DNA of 52,461 nucleotides from Oscillospiraceae bacterium (GTDB lineage Bacteria; Bacillota; Clostridia; Oscillospirales; Oscillospiraceae): NCBI GenBank assembly GCA_020860545.1, contig JAJBUC010000094.1, positions 1 to 52,461 of the forward strand, read 5' to 3'. Shown piece by piece: positions 30,794 to 40,110 of this stretch (position 1 is its first letter; each line of letters starts with the position of its first letter). The notes under the pieces were generated by a model. It saw only the letters and a program-made list of their open reading frames with translations, ran no database searches and was not told where the DNA came from. The position numbers and the translations under genes were made by a program.

Positions 30794-32328
30794 CAGGGCA
30801 CCTCCTTCTCGTCGTCGGTGTAATCAATAATCTCGTCATCCAATGAGGAGAGTTCAATGGCCTCCTGCTCGGTCACGTCGCTGGTGTGTTTGAGCTTATG
30901 CTGATAGACAAGCCCCAGAATCTGAATGGCCACAAGCGGCGTCATTGCGACCATCGCCACAACGCCGAACGCATCGGTCAGGATATCCCCGCCCAGCGAC
31001 TCGCAGGCACCAATCGCAAACGGGAGCAGGAAGGTCGCCGACATAGGGCCGGACGCCACGCCGCCGGAATCGATGGCGATGGATGTGAAGATTTTCGGTA
31101 CACGGAAGGGGAGCAGCAGCGCGATGGCGTAGCCCGGAATCAGGAACCAGTAGATCGGGATACCGAGCCACACCCGCAGCATTGCAAGGCCAACTGACGC
31201 CCCGACGCCCAGTGACAGGGCAAGCGCAATCGCCTTTTGGGGAATCGCGCCCGCCGTCACGTCCTCTACCTGCTTGTTGAGGACATGCACGGCAGGCTCC
31301 GCCGCTACGATGAAATAGCCGACGACGATGCCGATTGGCACCAGTATCCAGACAAATGGGAGATTGGCAATGGCCTCCCCCAGAAAACGGCCTGCGGGCA
31401 TAAAGCCAATGTTTGCCCCTGTCAGGAAGAGCACCAGACCGATATAGGTATAGACGATACCCACGATAATTCTGATAATGGAACGGCGCTTCAGGCGAAT
31501 GGAGATCAGCTGGAAAACCGTAAATAGTACTATAATGGGCAGCAGGCCCAACGCCACTTCTTGCATGTAGGTCGGCAGTCCTCGCAAAAACTGCGCGCCC
31601 ACCTGTGCGGTATCCTCCACCTGTACAATCTCGGTTGGTGTGTAGTTGATTTCAGACGAATTGAAAAGCAAACCCAGTACCATCACCGAGACGATGGGGC
31701 CGATACTGCAGATGGCGACGGTGCCGAAGTTGTCTTCCTCCTTGCCCTTGTGCACCGCAAGGCCCACACCGAGCGCGAGGATAAACGGTACGGTGATCGG
31801 CCCTGTCGTTACCCCGCCGGAGTCGAATGCAACCGCCAGAAATTCATTCGGCACAAAAATAGACAGGACGAATACAAAAGCATATCCGATCAGCAGCGTA
31901 ATATGCAGCGGGATATTAAAACGCGTACGCAGCGTTGCAATCACCAGGAACACGCCCACACCGGCCGCCACCGCGAGAATCAGCGTCATATTCGGCACCG
32001 CCGGAACCTGCTCCGCGAGTACCTGCAGATCGGGCTCCGCGATGGTGACCACAAACCCGATGAGAAAACAGATTGCCGCGACAATCCACAGGTGTTTACG
32101 CTTTCCCAGATTGTTGCCCATCTCTTCGCCCATCGGCATCATGGCGATATCCGCGCCCAGGGAGAAAAAACCCATGCCGACAATGAGCATGACCGCGCCG
32201 ACAAGGAACATCATCAGCGTCCCCGTCGGCATAGGTGTGAGGGTAAAGCTGAGGAGCAGCCCAATAACGGTGATGGGGAGGACGGAGGTGAGGGACTCCA
32301 TAATTTTTTCTTTTAACTTTTGCCGCAA
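30793..32328 (-). CDS. Fused tandem DUF1538 integral membrane protein (putative transporter), about 511 aa
   Basis: There is an internal duplication: AEPDLQVLAEQV...AFDSGGVTTGPITVPFILALGVG and AEPAVHVLNKQV...AIDSGGVASGPMSATFLLPFAIG. The TTG at 32328 lies 8 nt after AAGGAGG. The GTG at 32337 overlaps the SD, and the ATG at 32301 lacks an SD. Confidence 0.8.
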   Translation of the reverse strand: MRQKLKEKIMESLTSVLPITVIGLLLSFTLTPMPTGTLMMFLVGAVMLIVGMGFFSLGADIAMMPMGEEMGNNLGKRKHLWIVAAICFLIGFVVTIAEPDLQVLAEQVPAVPNMTLILAVAAGVGVFLVIATLRTRFNIPLHITLLIGYAFVFVLSIFVPNEFLAVAFDSGGVTTGPITVPFILALGVGLAVHKGKEEDNFGTVAICSIGPIVSVMVLGLLFNSSEINYTPTEIVQVEDTAQVGAQFLRGLPTYMQEVALGLLPIIVLFTVFQLISIRLKRRSIIRIIVGIVYTYIGLVLFLTGANIGFMPAGRFLGEAIANLPFVWILVPIGIVVGYFIVAAEPAVHVLNKQVEDVTAGAIPQKAIALALSLGVGASVGLAMLRVWLGIPIYWFLIPGYAIALLLPFRVPKIFTSIAIDSGGVASGPMSATFLLPFAIGACESLGGDILTDAFGVVAMVAMTPLVAIQILGLVYQHKLKHTSDVTEQEAIELSSLDDEIIDYTDDEKEVP

Positions 32329-32435
32329 ACAATACACCTCCTTCTAAAACCTTGCGGGGTCACCCTTCCACAATGATAAATCATTACAATAGCATACCAC
32401 ATTTTCTGCCATTTGGGAATAGGGGAAAATAGCCG

Positions 32436-33737
32436 TTATTGGCCTGCCTCGCCCTCAGGAGTACAGTCAGAGTGCACCGCCGCCCAATACCGTTTTGCCG
32501 CCTGCTCGGCCTTGTTGTCGCCATACTGGTAGTAGTGTGTACCCTTGAGCGCGTCGGGCAGGTACTGCTGCGGGACATAGTGGTTCGGGTAGTCATGCGG
32601 ATAGCGGTAGCCCTGCTCCCGTTCCATCCCCTTGGAGTCGGCGTGGACATTTTGCAGGTGGCGCGGGAAGTCCCCCGTCTTTCCTGCACGCACATCGCGC
32701 GCGGCGGCATCATATGCGAGATACGCGGTGTTTGATTTCGGCGCGGTTGCCATCAGCACAACCGCGTCACCCAGAGGGATACGCGCCTCCGGCAGCCCGA
32801 GCATATGCGCGGCGTCAACGCACGCCTTCACAATGGGGATTACCTGCGGCCACGCAAGCCCCACGTCCTCGCAGGCGACCACCATCAGGCGGCGGCAGGC
32901 GGAGACCAGATCGCCTGCGGTCAAAAGGCGCGCCAAATAATGCAGCCCCGCGTCCGGGTCGGAGCCGCGAATGGACTTCTGGAGGGCGGAGAGGATATCA
33001 TAGTGCGCGTCCCCGTCCCGGTCGTAGCGCATTGCGGAGCGCTGGGTGACGGCCCGGGCGTCCTCCGGCGTGACGACCAGTTTTTCCCCATCGTGCCGGG
33101 CCGATGTCAACAGCAGCTCCACCGCGTTGAGCGCCTTGCGCACATCCCCGCCGCAGGCGGTGGCGATATACTCCGCCACCTCGTCCGGAAAAGAGATCTC
33201 CGCCCCCAGCCGCTGTGCCATTTTCGCCACGCCGCGCGCTACCGCGCCGCGCGCGTCCTCCGGCTCAATGGGCTTAAACTCAAAGATGGTCGAGCGGCTC
33301 AAAAGCGCGTTGTGGACATAAAAATACGGGTTTTCCGTTGTTGAGGAGATCAGGATTACCTTTCCGTTTTCCATGAATTCCAAAAGGGACTGCTGCTGCT
33401 TTTTGTTAAAGTACTGTATCTCGTCGAGATAGAGCAGTATCCCGTCGGGGGCCATCAATGTGCCGATCTCCCCCACAATGTCCCGGATGTCGGAGAGGGA
33501 AGCGGTGGTGGCGTTGAGCTTATAAAACGGGCGGGCCGTGCGCCTGGCAATGAGGTTTGCCACCGTGGTCTTTCCGGTGCCCGAAGGCCCGTAAAAAAGC
33601 AGGTTTGGAATCTCACCGCTTTCGATCACACGGCGCAAAAGCCCGTCTTCTCCCAAAATATGCCGCTGCCCGACGATTTCCGTTAAAATTTCCGGACGAA
33701 TCTCGTCCGCCAAAGGCTGATAGGCCACTGTACTCAC
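32436..33737 (-). CDS. rarA: Replication-associated recombination protein A (AAA+ ATPase MgsA/RarA), 433 aa
   Basis: Contains Walker A (FYGPSGTGKTT) and Walker B (LLYLDEIQYFNK) plus the MgsA C-terminal domain. The start could be the GTG at 33737 or at 33728. Confidence 0.93.
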   Translation of the reverse strand: MSTVAYQPLADEIRPEILTEIVGQRHILGEDGLLRRVIESGEIPNLLFYGPSGTGKTTVANLIARRTARPFYKLNATTASLSDIRDIVGEIGTLMAPDGILLYLDEIQYFNKKQQQSLLEFMENGKVILISSTTENPYFYVHNALLSRSTIFEFKPIEPEDARGAVARGVAKMAQRLGAEISFPDEVAEYIATACGGDVRKALNAVELLLTSARHDGEKLVVTPEDARAVTQRSAMRYDRDGDAHYDILSALQKSIRGSDPDAGLHYLARLLTAGDLVSACRRLMVVACEDVGLAWPQVIPIVKACVDAAHMLGLPEARIPLGDAVVLMATAPKSNTAYLAYDAAARDVRAGKTGDFPRHLQNVHADSKGMEREQGYRYPHDYPNHYVPQQYLPDALKGTHYYQYGDNKAEQAAKRYWAAVHSDCTPEGEAGQ

Positions 33738-33759
33738 TCCCTGCCGGTCATTTTAGTCT

Positions 33760-33788
33760 ATTATAGCATTTCCGGTGCCATGCGTAAA
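33760..33788 (-). promoter_or_regulatory. Sigma-A promoter for rarA
   Basis: On the minus strand, -35 TTTACG (33788-33783), a 17-nt spacer, then -10 TATAAT (33765-33760). Confidence 0.55.
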
Positions 33789-33803
33789 GCAACCGATTTG
33801 CAA

Positions 33804-33848
33804 CAAAAAGGGCATGCTGCAGAAAATGAAAATCTGCAACACGCCCTT
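33804..33848 (-). terminator. Rho-independent terminator of the lipoprotein gene
   Basis: On the minus strand, AAGGGCGTGTTGCAG-10 nt-CTGCAGCATGCCCTT is followed by TTTTGTTG. Confidence 0.7.
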
Positions 33849-33875
33849 GTATTCATTGCTATGTAGGGTTGACCG

Positions 33876-34394
33876 TCAATCCAGCGGATAGATGCTTGCT
33901 TCAATCGCTGCGATATCCTGCGTCATCGCCAGATACTCCGTACCTTCCGGGGTGTCACGAACATATTGTATGTCGGAAGGATAGGAGATCATATAATCAT
34001 ATGCCTCGGTGCTGAGGATAATATGCTCACGTTGTATCAGGTATTCCTCCGGTGCTGTGCCGCTGTCATAGCGGGTAATCCAGAAGAGCAGGCCCCCATC
34101 CACTTCTGTTCCGATTGTGCTGGAGCTTAATAGGACGGCAGTGGAAAAAAACTCTACCGTATCCCCCTCGTCTGCGATAACGGTGTATTTTCTCTCCCAC
34201 GACGTGGGAAGCACCAGCCCGAAGCCAAGTGCCTTATTTTCGAAGTTGAGGCCTTCCGTGACAGGCGACGGCGACGGGGATGGCTGTGTTTCTGTGGGTT
34301 GCCCGGTACAGCCTGTACACAGGGCTGCGCATAGAAGTACGCAGGCCAACAGGCCTGATAAACGTCGCTTGTGGCTCCCTCCGTATACGTTCAT
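33876..34394 (-). CDS. Lipoprotein of unknown function, 172 aa
   Basis: Signal peptide with lipobox LCTGC, followed by a Pro/Ser/Thr linker (QPTETQPSPSPSPV). AGGAGGAGGG lies before the ATG. I recognise no family. Confidence 0.75.
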   Translation of the reverse strand: MNVYGGSHKRRLSGLLACVLLCAALCTGCTGQPTETQPSPSPSPVTEGLNFENKALGFGLVLPTSWERKYTVIADEGDTVEFFSTAVLLSSSTIGTEVDGGLLFWITRYDSGTAPEEYLIQREHIILSTEAYDYMISYPSDIQYVRDTPEGTEYLAMTQDIAAIEASIYPLD

Positions 34395-34476
34395 GTTGCC
34401 CTCCTCCTAACAGTTTGGGTGGGCTGCTTGGCAGCACCTGAGTCTAGGTTATGGCACCCAATTCAATTTGTCAAGC

Positions 34477-34516
34477 CAAAAATGACGGAGGACTTCGCAT
34501 TGAGCAAAGTCCTCCG
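34477..34516 (-). terminator. Rho-independent terminator following the Cys-rich micro-ORF
   Basis: On the minus strand, CGGAGGACTT-tgctcaatgcg-AAGTCCTCCG forms a 10-bp stem, followed by TCATTTTT. It starts about 36 nt after the micro-ORF stop. Confidence 0.75.
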
Positions 34517-34551
34517 AGATAGAACAGGTTTGAATTTTTGAATTGCGATGC

Positions 34552-34614
34552 TTAGCAGCAGCCGCACAGCTGGCACAGAAGCTGGAAAAGGGAACTGCAA
34601 TCGAAGTTACACAT
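34552..34614 (-). CDS. Micro-ORF encoding the 20-aa cysteine-rich peptide MCNFDCSSLFQLLCQLCGCC
   Basis: AAGGAGG lies 8 nt before the ATG (34614). The stop is TAA. It is flanked by its own promoter (34665-34693) and terminator (34477-34516). It is the C-terminal part of the 105-aa track ORF 34552..34869, whose upstream part overlaps the ileS leader and lacks signals. Confidence 0.55.
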   Translation of the reverse strand: MCNFDCSSLFQLLCQLCGCC

Positions 34615-34664
34615 GGCACAGACCTCCTTGCGTTTTTTAAGTAGCGTCTCGCGAAGACATCTAA

Positions 34665-34693
34665 ATTGTAACCGGTTTGTAACTAAAATGCAA
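34665..34693 (-). promoter_or_regulatory. Sigma-A promoter driving the Cys-rich micro-ORF
   Basis: On the minus strand, -35 TTGCAT (34693-34688), a 17-nt spacer, then -10 TACAAT (34670-34665). It sits back-to-back with the ileS promoter. Confidence 0.55.
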
Positions 34694-34731
34694 TGGTAAG
34701 TAATTCCTCGGTTTGCCCGGCAATTTTCAGC

Positions 34732-34760
34732 TTGACACCGGCGGGGAAACCGGATAGAAT
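34732..34760 (+). promoter_or_regulatory. Sigma-A promoter of the ileS T-box leader
   Basis: -35 TTGACA (34732-34737), a 17-nt spacer, then -10 TAGAAT (34755-34760). Confidence 0.65.
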
Positions 34761-34769
34761 AAACAGCAA

Positions 34770-35017
34770 TAGCACGACACGCGCAGAGAAGGACGCGCCG
34801 CACCAAGCCTCTGGTGCAGAGAGCCGCCGTAAGGTGAAAGACGGCCGAGGGGGCGGTGCCGGACATCACCTTGGAGCGTTCCGGCTGAGGGGGATATCCT
34901 GTAAGCCGGACCGGTTGGCACCGTTACTTGCCGCCATAAGCGGCCGCGCACGCGGCAATAAGAGTGGTACCGCAGAGGATTTCACCTTTGTCTCTTGATG
35001 AGGCAGGGGTGTTTTTT
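34770..35017 (+). promoter_or_regulatory. T-box riboswitch (Ile specifier AUC) with intrinsic terminator
   Basis: Stem I elements are present: AGAGAAGGA (GA/K-turn), the AGAGAG bulge, and the GGTGAAA distal loop. The specifier reads GGAC-ATC-A (ATC at 34865-34867). The T-box sequence is AGAGTGGTACCGCAG (34961-34975). The terminator is CACCTTTGTCTC-ttgat-GAGGCAGGGGTG plus TTTTTT (34983-35017). Confidence 0.88.
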
Positions 35018-35039
35018 GTATTTTAAGGAGTGAACAGAC

Positions 35040-37916
35040 GTGGATTACAACAAAACCATCCGACTCCCCCAGACGGATTTCCCCATGCGGGCGGGGCTGC
35101 CGAAGCGGGAGCCGGAAATGCTCCGGGAGTGGGAAGAGCAGGATATCTATCACAAGCTGATGGAGAAAAACGCCGGAAAGCCAAAATTTGTCCTGCATGA
35201 CGGGCCGCCGTATGCAAACGGAAATATCCATATTGGAACGGCGCTCAATAAAATCCTGAAGGATATGATCGTGAAGCACCGCAACATGACGGGCTACTGC
35301 GCGCCGTATGTTCCGGGCTGGGATACCCACGGCCTGCCCATCGAAAGCGCCATTCTGAAGAACAAAAAGGTCAAACGCGATGAGATGACGATCCCGGCGT
35401 TTCGCGAAAAGTGCGAGGAATACGCGCTCGACTTTGTGGATAAACAGCGCACGCAGTTTAGGCGTCTTGGGGTTATGGGGGAGTGGGAGCACCCCTACCT
35501 CACCCTGACGCCGGACTTTGAGGCAAAGCAGGTGGAGGTCTTTGGCCGCATGGCGGAGAAGGGCCTCATTTACAAGGGGATGAAGCCGGTCTACTGGTGC
35601 CCCGCCGACCAGACCGCCCTTGCCGAGGCGGAGATTGAATATGCCGACGTCCCCTGTACGACGCTCTTTGTCAAGTTTCCGCTGCGCGACGACAAGGGGA
35701 AGCTTGCGCGGTACGCGCCCCTTGACAAGATATTCTTTGTCATCTGGACGACCACGCCCTGGACGATTCCGGGTAATATGGCCATTTCCCTGGGGGCGTC
35801 GTTTGACTATATCCTCATGCGGGCGGAAAACGGGGAGGTCTACATTGTCGCCAAAGCGCTTGCCGAAACGGTCGCCAAGACGGCAAAGCTGGAGCGCTAT
35901 GAGACGCTTGTCACCCTCAAGGGGAGTGAATTTGAGCTGATGACCGCGCGGCATCCGCTCTTTGGGCGGGATTCTATTGTCCTCAACGGCGAGCATGTCA
36001 CGCTCGACGCGGGCACAGGATGCGTGCACACCGCGCCGGGCTTCGGCGCGGACGACTTTGCCATCTGCCAGTGGTACGACGCGCATAAGGGGGCTAAGCT
36101 CGGAGTGCCGGTACCCGTCAACAACAAGGGCGTTATGATGGACGAGAAATACAATGGGCAGTTTTATGCCAAGGCGAATGAGGTCATCCCGGAGGATCTG
36201 GCGGCTGCCGGAATGGTGCTCGCGTCCGACCGCATCAGCCACTCCTATCCGCACTGCTGGCGCTGCAAGAACCCGGTGATCTACCGGGCGACCGAGCAGT
36301 GGTTCTGCTCCGTGGATGCCATCAAAAGCGCGGCGGTGGATGCCTGCGATGCCATTCACTGGAAGCCGGAGTGGGGCAAGGAGCGTATGGCGAGTATGAT
36401 CAGCGAGCGGAGCGACTGGTGTATCTCACGCCAGCGGGTCTGGGGGGTGCCCATCCCCATTTTTTACTGTGACAGTTGCGGCAAGGACATCGTGACGGAG
36501 GAGAGCATTGCGCACGTCGCGGCGCTGTTCCGGACGCACGGCTCCAACGTCTGGTTTGCGCGGGAGGCGGATGCGCTGGTGCCGGATGGCTTCCGGTGTC
36601 CAAACTGCGGGCACGCGCATTTCAGTAAGGAATCGGATATCATGGACGTCTGGTTCGACTCAGGCTCCTCCCACGCCGCCGTGCTCGAGACGCGCGAAGA
36701 GCTGCAGTTCCCGGCCGATATCTATCTGGAGGGCGGGGATCAGTACCGCGGGTGGTTCCAGTCCTCCATGCTGACGTCGATTGCGACGAAGGGCGTCGCG
36801 CCCTACCGCCAGATCATTACCCACGGCTGGACGGTGGACGGCGAGGGCAAGGCGATGCACAAGTCGCTCGGCAATACCATTGCGCCGGAAGAGATCATCA
36901 AGGAGTACGGTGCCGATATCCTGCGGCTGTGGGTGGCGTCCTCCGACTATACGCAGGATATGCGTATCTCCAAGGAGATTATGAAGCAGCTCTCCGACGC
37001 TTATTTGAAAATCCGCAACACGGCGCGCTATATGCTGGGGAATCTGAGCGGATTCGAGCCGGACCGGGACTGTGTGCCCTACGACGCGCTGCTGCCGCTC
37101 GACCGGTGGGCGCTCTCCCGCTTAAACGAGCTGGCGAAAACTGTGCGGGAATACTATGAGAAATATGAATTCCACGGTGTCTACCGCTCCGTCTACAGCT
37201 TTTGCGTGCTGGATATGTCGAACTTTTACTTCGACATCATCAAAGACCGTCTCTACTGCGCGGACGAGCGGGAGGCCCGCGCCGCACAGACGGCGCTCTA
37301 CCGGATTCTGGACGGCATGACGCGCCTCATCGCGCCGATTCTGGCGTTCACAAGTGAGGAGATCTGGAAGGCCATGCCCCACGGCGCGGATGCCTGTGGT
37401 GAGAGCGTACTCTTGCATGAGATGCCCGCCTTTGAAGCAAGCCTCGCCCTCGGCGAGGAGGAGCAAAAGCGCTGGGACTCCCTGATTGTGCTGCGCGGTG
37501 AGGTGAACAAGGCGCTGGAGCTTGCGCGCAATGAAAAGCGGATCGGCAAGAGCCTGGAGGCCGCCGTCAAGCTGTACTTTAACGAGGGTACCTGGGTGGC
37601 CTATGACGTGGGTGCCTATCTGGGCGGCTTTGACGAGGGGGATCTGGAAAAGCTCTTTATCGTCTCGAGCGTGCGCATCGCCGAACACCACAAGGAGACC
37701 GGCTACGAGGGCGAGGCACTGCCCGGCGTGATCATCTGTGTGGAACCGGCGCAGGGCGAAAAATGCGCCCGCTGCTGGACGCACAGCAAAGAGGTTGGCA
37801 CACATCCGGAGCATCCCACGCTCTGCACGCGCTGTGCGGTACTGGGTTCCATGCGATGGGGGGCGGCAAGTGCGGGAAGTGCGTGCCATGGGTCCTCCTT
37901 GCTGCAGTGCTGGTGA
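35040..37916 (+). CDS. ileS: Isoleucine--tRNA ligase, 958 aa
   Basis: Contains the HIGH motif ([13 protein letters not shown]), KMSKS (KAMHKSLGN), a CP1 editing domain and C-terminal Zn-binding CARCW...CTRC. The start is a GTG with AAGGAG upstream. Confidence 0.97.
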   Translation: MDYNKTIRLPQTDFPMRAGLPKREPEMLREWEEQDIYHKLMEKNAGKPKFVLHDGPPYANGNIHIGTALNKILKDMIVKHRNMTGYCAPYVPGWDTHGLPIESAILKNKKVKRDEMTIPAFREKCEEYALDFVDKQRTQFRRLGVMGEWEHPYLTLTPDFEAKQVEVFGRMAEKGLIYKGMKPVYWCPADQTALAEAEIEYADVPCTTLFVKFPLRDDKGKLARYAPLDKIFFVIWTTTPWTIPGNMAISLGASFDYILMRAENGEVYIVAKALAETVAKTAKLERYETLVTLKGSEFELMTARHPLFGRDSIVLNGEHVTLDAGTGCVHTAPGFGADDFAICQWYDAHKGAKLGVPVPVNNKGVMMDEKYNGQFYAKANEVIPEDLAAAGMVLASDRISHSYPHCWRCKNPVIYRATEQWFCSVDAIKSAAVDACDAIHWKPEWGKERMASMISERSDWCISRQRVWGVPIPIFYCDSCGKDIVTEESIAHVAALFRTHGSNVWFAREADALVPDGFRCPNCGHAHFSKESDIMDVWFDSGSSHAAVLETREELQFPADIYLEGGDQYRGWFQSSMLTSIATKGVAPYRQIITHGWTVDGEGKAMHKSLGNTIAPEEIIKEYGADILRLWVASSDYTQDMRISKEIMKQLSDAYLKIRNTARYMLGNLSGFEPDRDCVPYDALLPLDRWALSRLNELAKTVREYYEKYEFHGVYRSVYSFCVLDMSNFYFDIIKDRLYCADEREARAAQTALYRILDGMTRLIAPILAFTSEEIWKAMPHGADACGESVLLHEMPAFEASLALGEEEQKRWDSLIVLRGEVNKALELARNEKRIGKSLEAAVKLYFNEGTWVAYDVGAYLGGFDEGDLEKLFIVSSVRIAEHHKETGYEGEALPGVIICVEPAQGEKCARCWTHSKEVGTHPEHPTLCTRCAVLGSMRWGAASAGSACHGSSLLQCW

Positions 37917-38377
37917 TCATCGACCAGATCGTGAAGTATCTCGTCCGGGCCAACATCCCCCTGTATGGGCGCGTGACACTGCTGCCCGGCGTGATGGATC
38001 TGACCTATGTGCAGAATACGGGCGCGGCGTTTTCCTATTTTTCCAGCCACACATGGGCGCTTGCAATCATCTCCGCCGCCGTTTCCGTCGTGCTGGTGAT
38101 CGTCCTGTGCAAGGGGTTCTTCACGCGCCCGTTTGGAATCATCTCCACCTCACTCATACTTGCGGGCGCGGTGGGGAACCTCATCGACCGGCTGGTGTTT
38201 GGCTTTGTGACCGACATGTTCATGACAACCTTTATGGATTTTGCCATATTTAATGTGGCGGATATCTGCGTGGTTGCAGGCGGCATCGCGGTGGTTGTCT
38301 ACGTTCTGTTCTTCTACGAGAAGTGGGAAAAGCGCGGGAAAGGGGCGGCAAATGGAACGGCTGACGCTGACGGCTGA
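37856..38377 (+). CDS. lspA: Lipoprotein signal peptidase II, about 173 aa
   Basis: [13 protein letters not shown]..., NTGAAFS and [19 protein letters not shown]...FNVADI are the LspA motifs. The start is uncertain (ATG 37856 or GTG 37883). Either one overlaps the ileS 3' end. Confidence 0.9.
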   Translation: MGGGKCGKCVPWVLLAAVLVIIDQIVKYLVRANIPLYGRVTLLPGVMDLTYVQNTGAAFSYFSSHTWALAIISAAVSVVLVIVLCKGFFTRPFGIISTSLILAGAVGNLIDRLVFGFVTDMFMTTFMDFAIFNVADICVVAGGIAVVVYVLFFYEKWEKRGKGAANGTADADG

Positions 38378-39272
38378 GTGCGACGGTGAGCGGATGGATG
38401 TCTACCTCGCCCGCACACTGCCCGACATCTCCCGCGCGGCGGCGCAGCGCCTGCTTGCGCAGGGGCATGTGACGCGGGCGGACGGCCCGCCGGTCAGAAA
38501 AAACGACAAGACGGCGCAGGGGGAGACGTATCATGTATGCCTTCCGCCGCCTGTCCCGGTGGACGTTCTGCCGCAGGAAATCCCGCTCGACGTGGTGTAT
38601 GAGGACGCGGACGTGATAGTGGTCAATAAGCCGGTGGGGATGGTGGTGCACCCGGCGGCGGGACATCCGGACGGGACGCTTGTCAACGCGCTATTATATC
38701 GCTGCGGCGACAGCCTGTCCGGCATCAACGGCGCGCTGCGCCCCGGCATTGTCCACCGCATTGACCGCGACACCTCCGGGCTGGTGATTGCAGCCAAGCA
38801 CGACGCGGCGCACGCGGCGCTGGCCGCCCAGCTGCAGGATCACTCCCTGTGCAGGGAGTACGAGGCGGTCTGCATCGGGACGCTCCGGGAGGACACCGGC
38901 ACCGTAGACGCGCCCATCGCGCGCCACCGCACCGACCGAAAGAAGATGGCGGTTGACCTGCAGCGGGGCCGTCCGGCGGTGACGCATTGGACCGCGCTGC
39001 GCCGCTACCCCGGCTATACGCACGTGCTGTGCGCGCTGGAGACGGGCCGAACCCACCAGATACGGGTGCACATGGCGTCGATTGGACACCCGCTGCTCGG
39101 CGACACTGTGTACGGCAGCCACAAGCCCTATCCGGGCCTTGCGGGGCAGTGCCTGCATGCCCGATGTCTGTCTTTCCTCCACCCGCGCAGCGGAGCGCGC
39201 ATGACACTGGAGTGCCCGCTGCCGCCGTGGTTTGAGGCGGTCTTGACAAAGTTGGAGTATCTGATAAAATAG
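38352..39272 (+). CDS. rluD: 23S rRNA pseudouridine synthase, RluA/RluD family, 306 aa
   Basis: It has an S4-like N-terminus and the catalytic HRIDRDTSGLVIAAK motif. The ATG at 38352 overlaps the lspA end by 26 nt. Confidence 0.92.
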   Translation: MERLTLTAECDGERMDVYLARTLPDISRAAAQRLLAQGHVTRADGPPVRKNDKTAQGETYHVCLPPPVPVDVLPQEIPLDVVYEDADVIVVNKPVGMVVHPAAGHPDGTLVNALLYRCGDSLSGINGALRPGIVHRIDRDTSGLVIAAKHDAAHAALAAQLQDHSLCREYEAVCIGTLREDTGTVDAPIARHRTDRKKMAVDLQRGRPAVTHWTALRRYPGYTHVLCALETGRTHQIRVHMASIGHPLLGDTVYGSHKPYPGLAGQCLHARCLSFLHPRSGARMTLECPLPPWFEAVLTKLEYLIK

Positions 39273-39324
39273 GAGGGAATCACAGGGGAATATTCCCTTT
39301 GTGATTCACGACCGCATACAAATC

Positions 39325-39425
39325 GAATAGCAGGGGCGCTGGACGCAAGTCCGGCTGAGATTGCCGCATGGCTGCGGCATGTCCCTTGAACCTGATCCGG
39401 GTAATGCCGGCGTAGGAAGCGAATT
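39325..39425 (+). promoter_or_regulatory. TPP (THI-box) riboswitch
   Basis: CAGGGGCGCTGG...GGCTGAGA...CCCTTGAACCTGATCCGGGTAATGCCGGCGTAGGAAGC matches the conserved THI element (CTGAGA and ACCTGATCnGGnTAATnCCnGCGnAGGGA). Confidence 0.9.
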
Positions 39426-39522
39426 CACGGCACCGTGGCAGGGGTGTCTTTCTCCTTCGTACCGCATTGCGCTATCCAGGTTTGCGCTGCGGTACATCTT
39501 TCATTCTAGGAGGAACGAACCC

Positions 39523-40092
39523 ATGTCATCAAACAGTAAGAAAACACGCTTTTCCGCCCGTATGCTCTGTGAGGGGGCGATCATGGTCGCGCTGGGCGTT
39601 GTGCTGAGCTATCTGCGCATTTACCGGCTTCCAAACGGCGGATCCATTACGCTGGATATGCTGCCCATCCTGTTCTTCGCCATCCGCTGGGGGTGGCGGC
39701 CGGGGCTGCTGGCCGGTTTTGTCTTCGGCCTGTTGCAGATGCTGCTCGACGGCGCGATTGCGTGGGGCTGGCAGTCCCTGCTGCTGGATTATCTGGTGGC
39801 CTTTACGCCGCTGGGCCTTGCGGGGCTCTTCCGCGGCAGGAAATACGGCGTGTTTGCCGGGACGGTTGTCGGGGCGGCGGCCAGGTTTGTGGTGCATTTC
39901 ATCAGCGGCATTACGATCTATGCCATCCTCGCGCCGACAGAGCTGTTCGCCGTGACCTTTACAAGCCCGTGGATGTATTCCCTCGCCTATAACGGGAGCT
40001 TTATGGCCATTGACACCGTCCTGTGTCTGGTGGTCTTCACAATTGTATACCGCCCCCTGCACCGGTATATACTGGGGGAGGATATCCATTAA
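39523..40092 (+). CDS. thiT: Thiamine transporter ThiT (ECF S-component / YuaJ-like), 189 aa
   Basis: A six-TM protein with the motif LCEGAIMVALGVVLSYLRIYRLPNGGSITLDMLPILFFAIRWG. It lies downstream of a TPP riboswitch, with AGGAGG before the ATG at 39523. Confidence 0.88.
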   Translation: MSSNSKKTRFSARMLCEGAIMVALGVVLSYLRIYRLPNGGSITLDMLPILFFAIRWGWRPGLLAGFVFGLLQMLLDGAIAWGWQSLLLDYLVAFTPLGLAGLFRGRKYGVFAGTVVGAAARFVVHFISGITIYAILAPTELFAVTFTSPWMYSLAYNGSFMAIDTVLCLVVFTIVYRPLHRYILGEDIH

Positions 40093-40110
40093 CATCAGGG
40101 AGGTGTCTTT

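Noticed and set aside
34552-34869. 105-aa version of the minus-strand ORF ending in the Cys-rich peptide
   Set aside because: Its upstream 85 codons overlap the ileS promoter and T-box leader, have no SD, and lie upstream of the predicted minus-strand promoter. Only the terminal 20 codons have start signals.
34866-36359. 497-aa minus-strand ORF overlapping the T-box leader and the 5' half of ileS
   Set aside because: It is antisense to ileS. It is Arg/Pro/Gly-rich, has no start-site signals, and runs through the T-box terminator.
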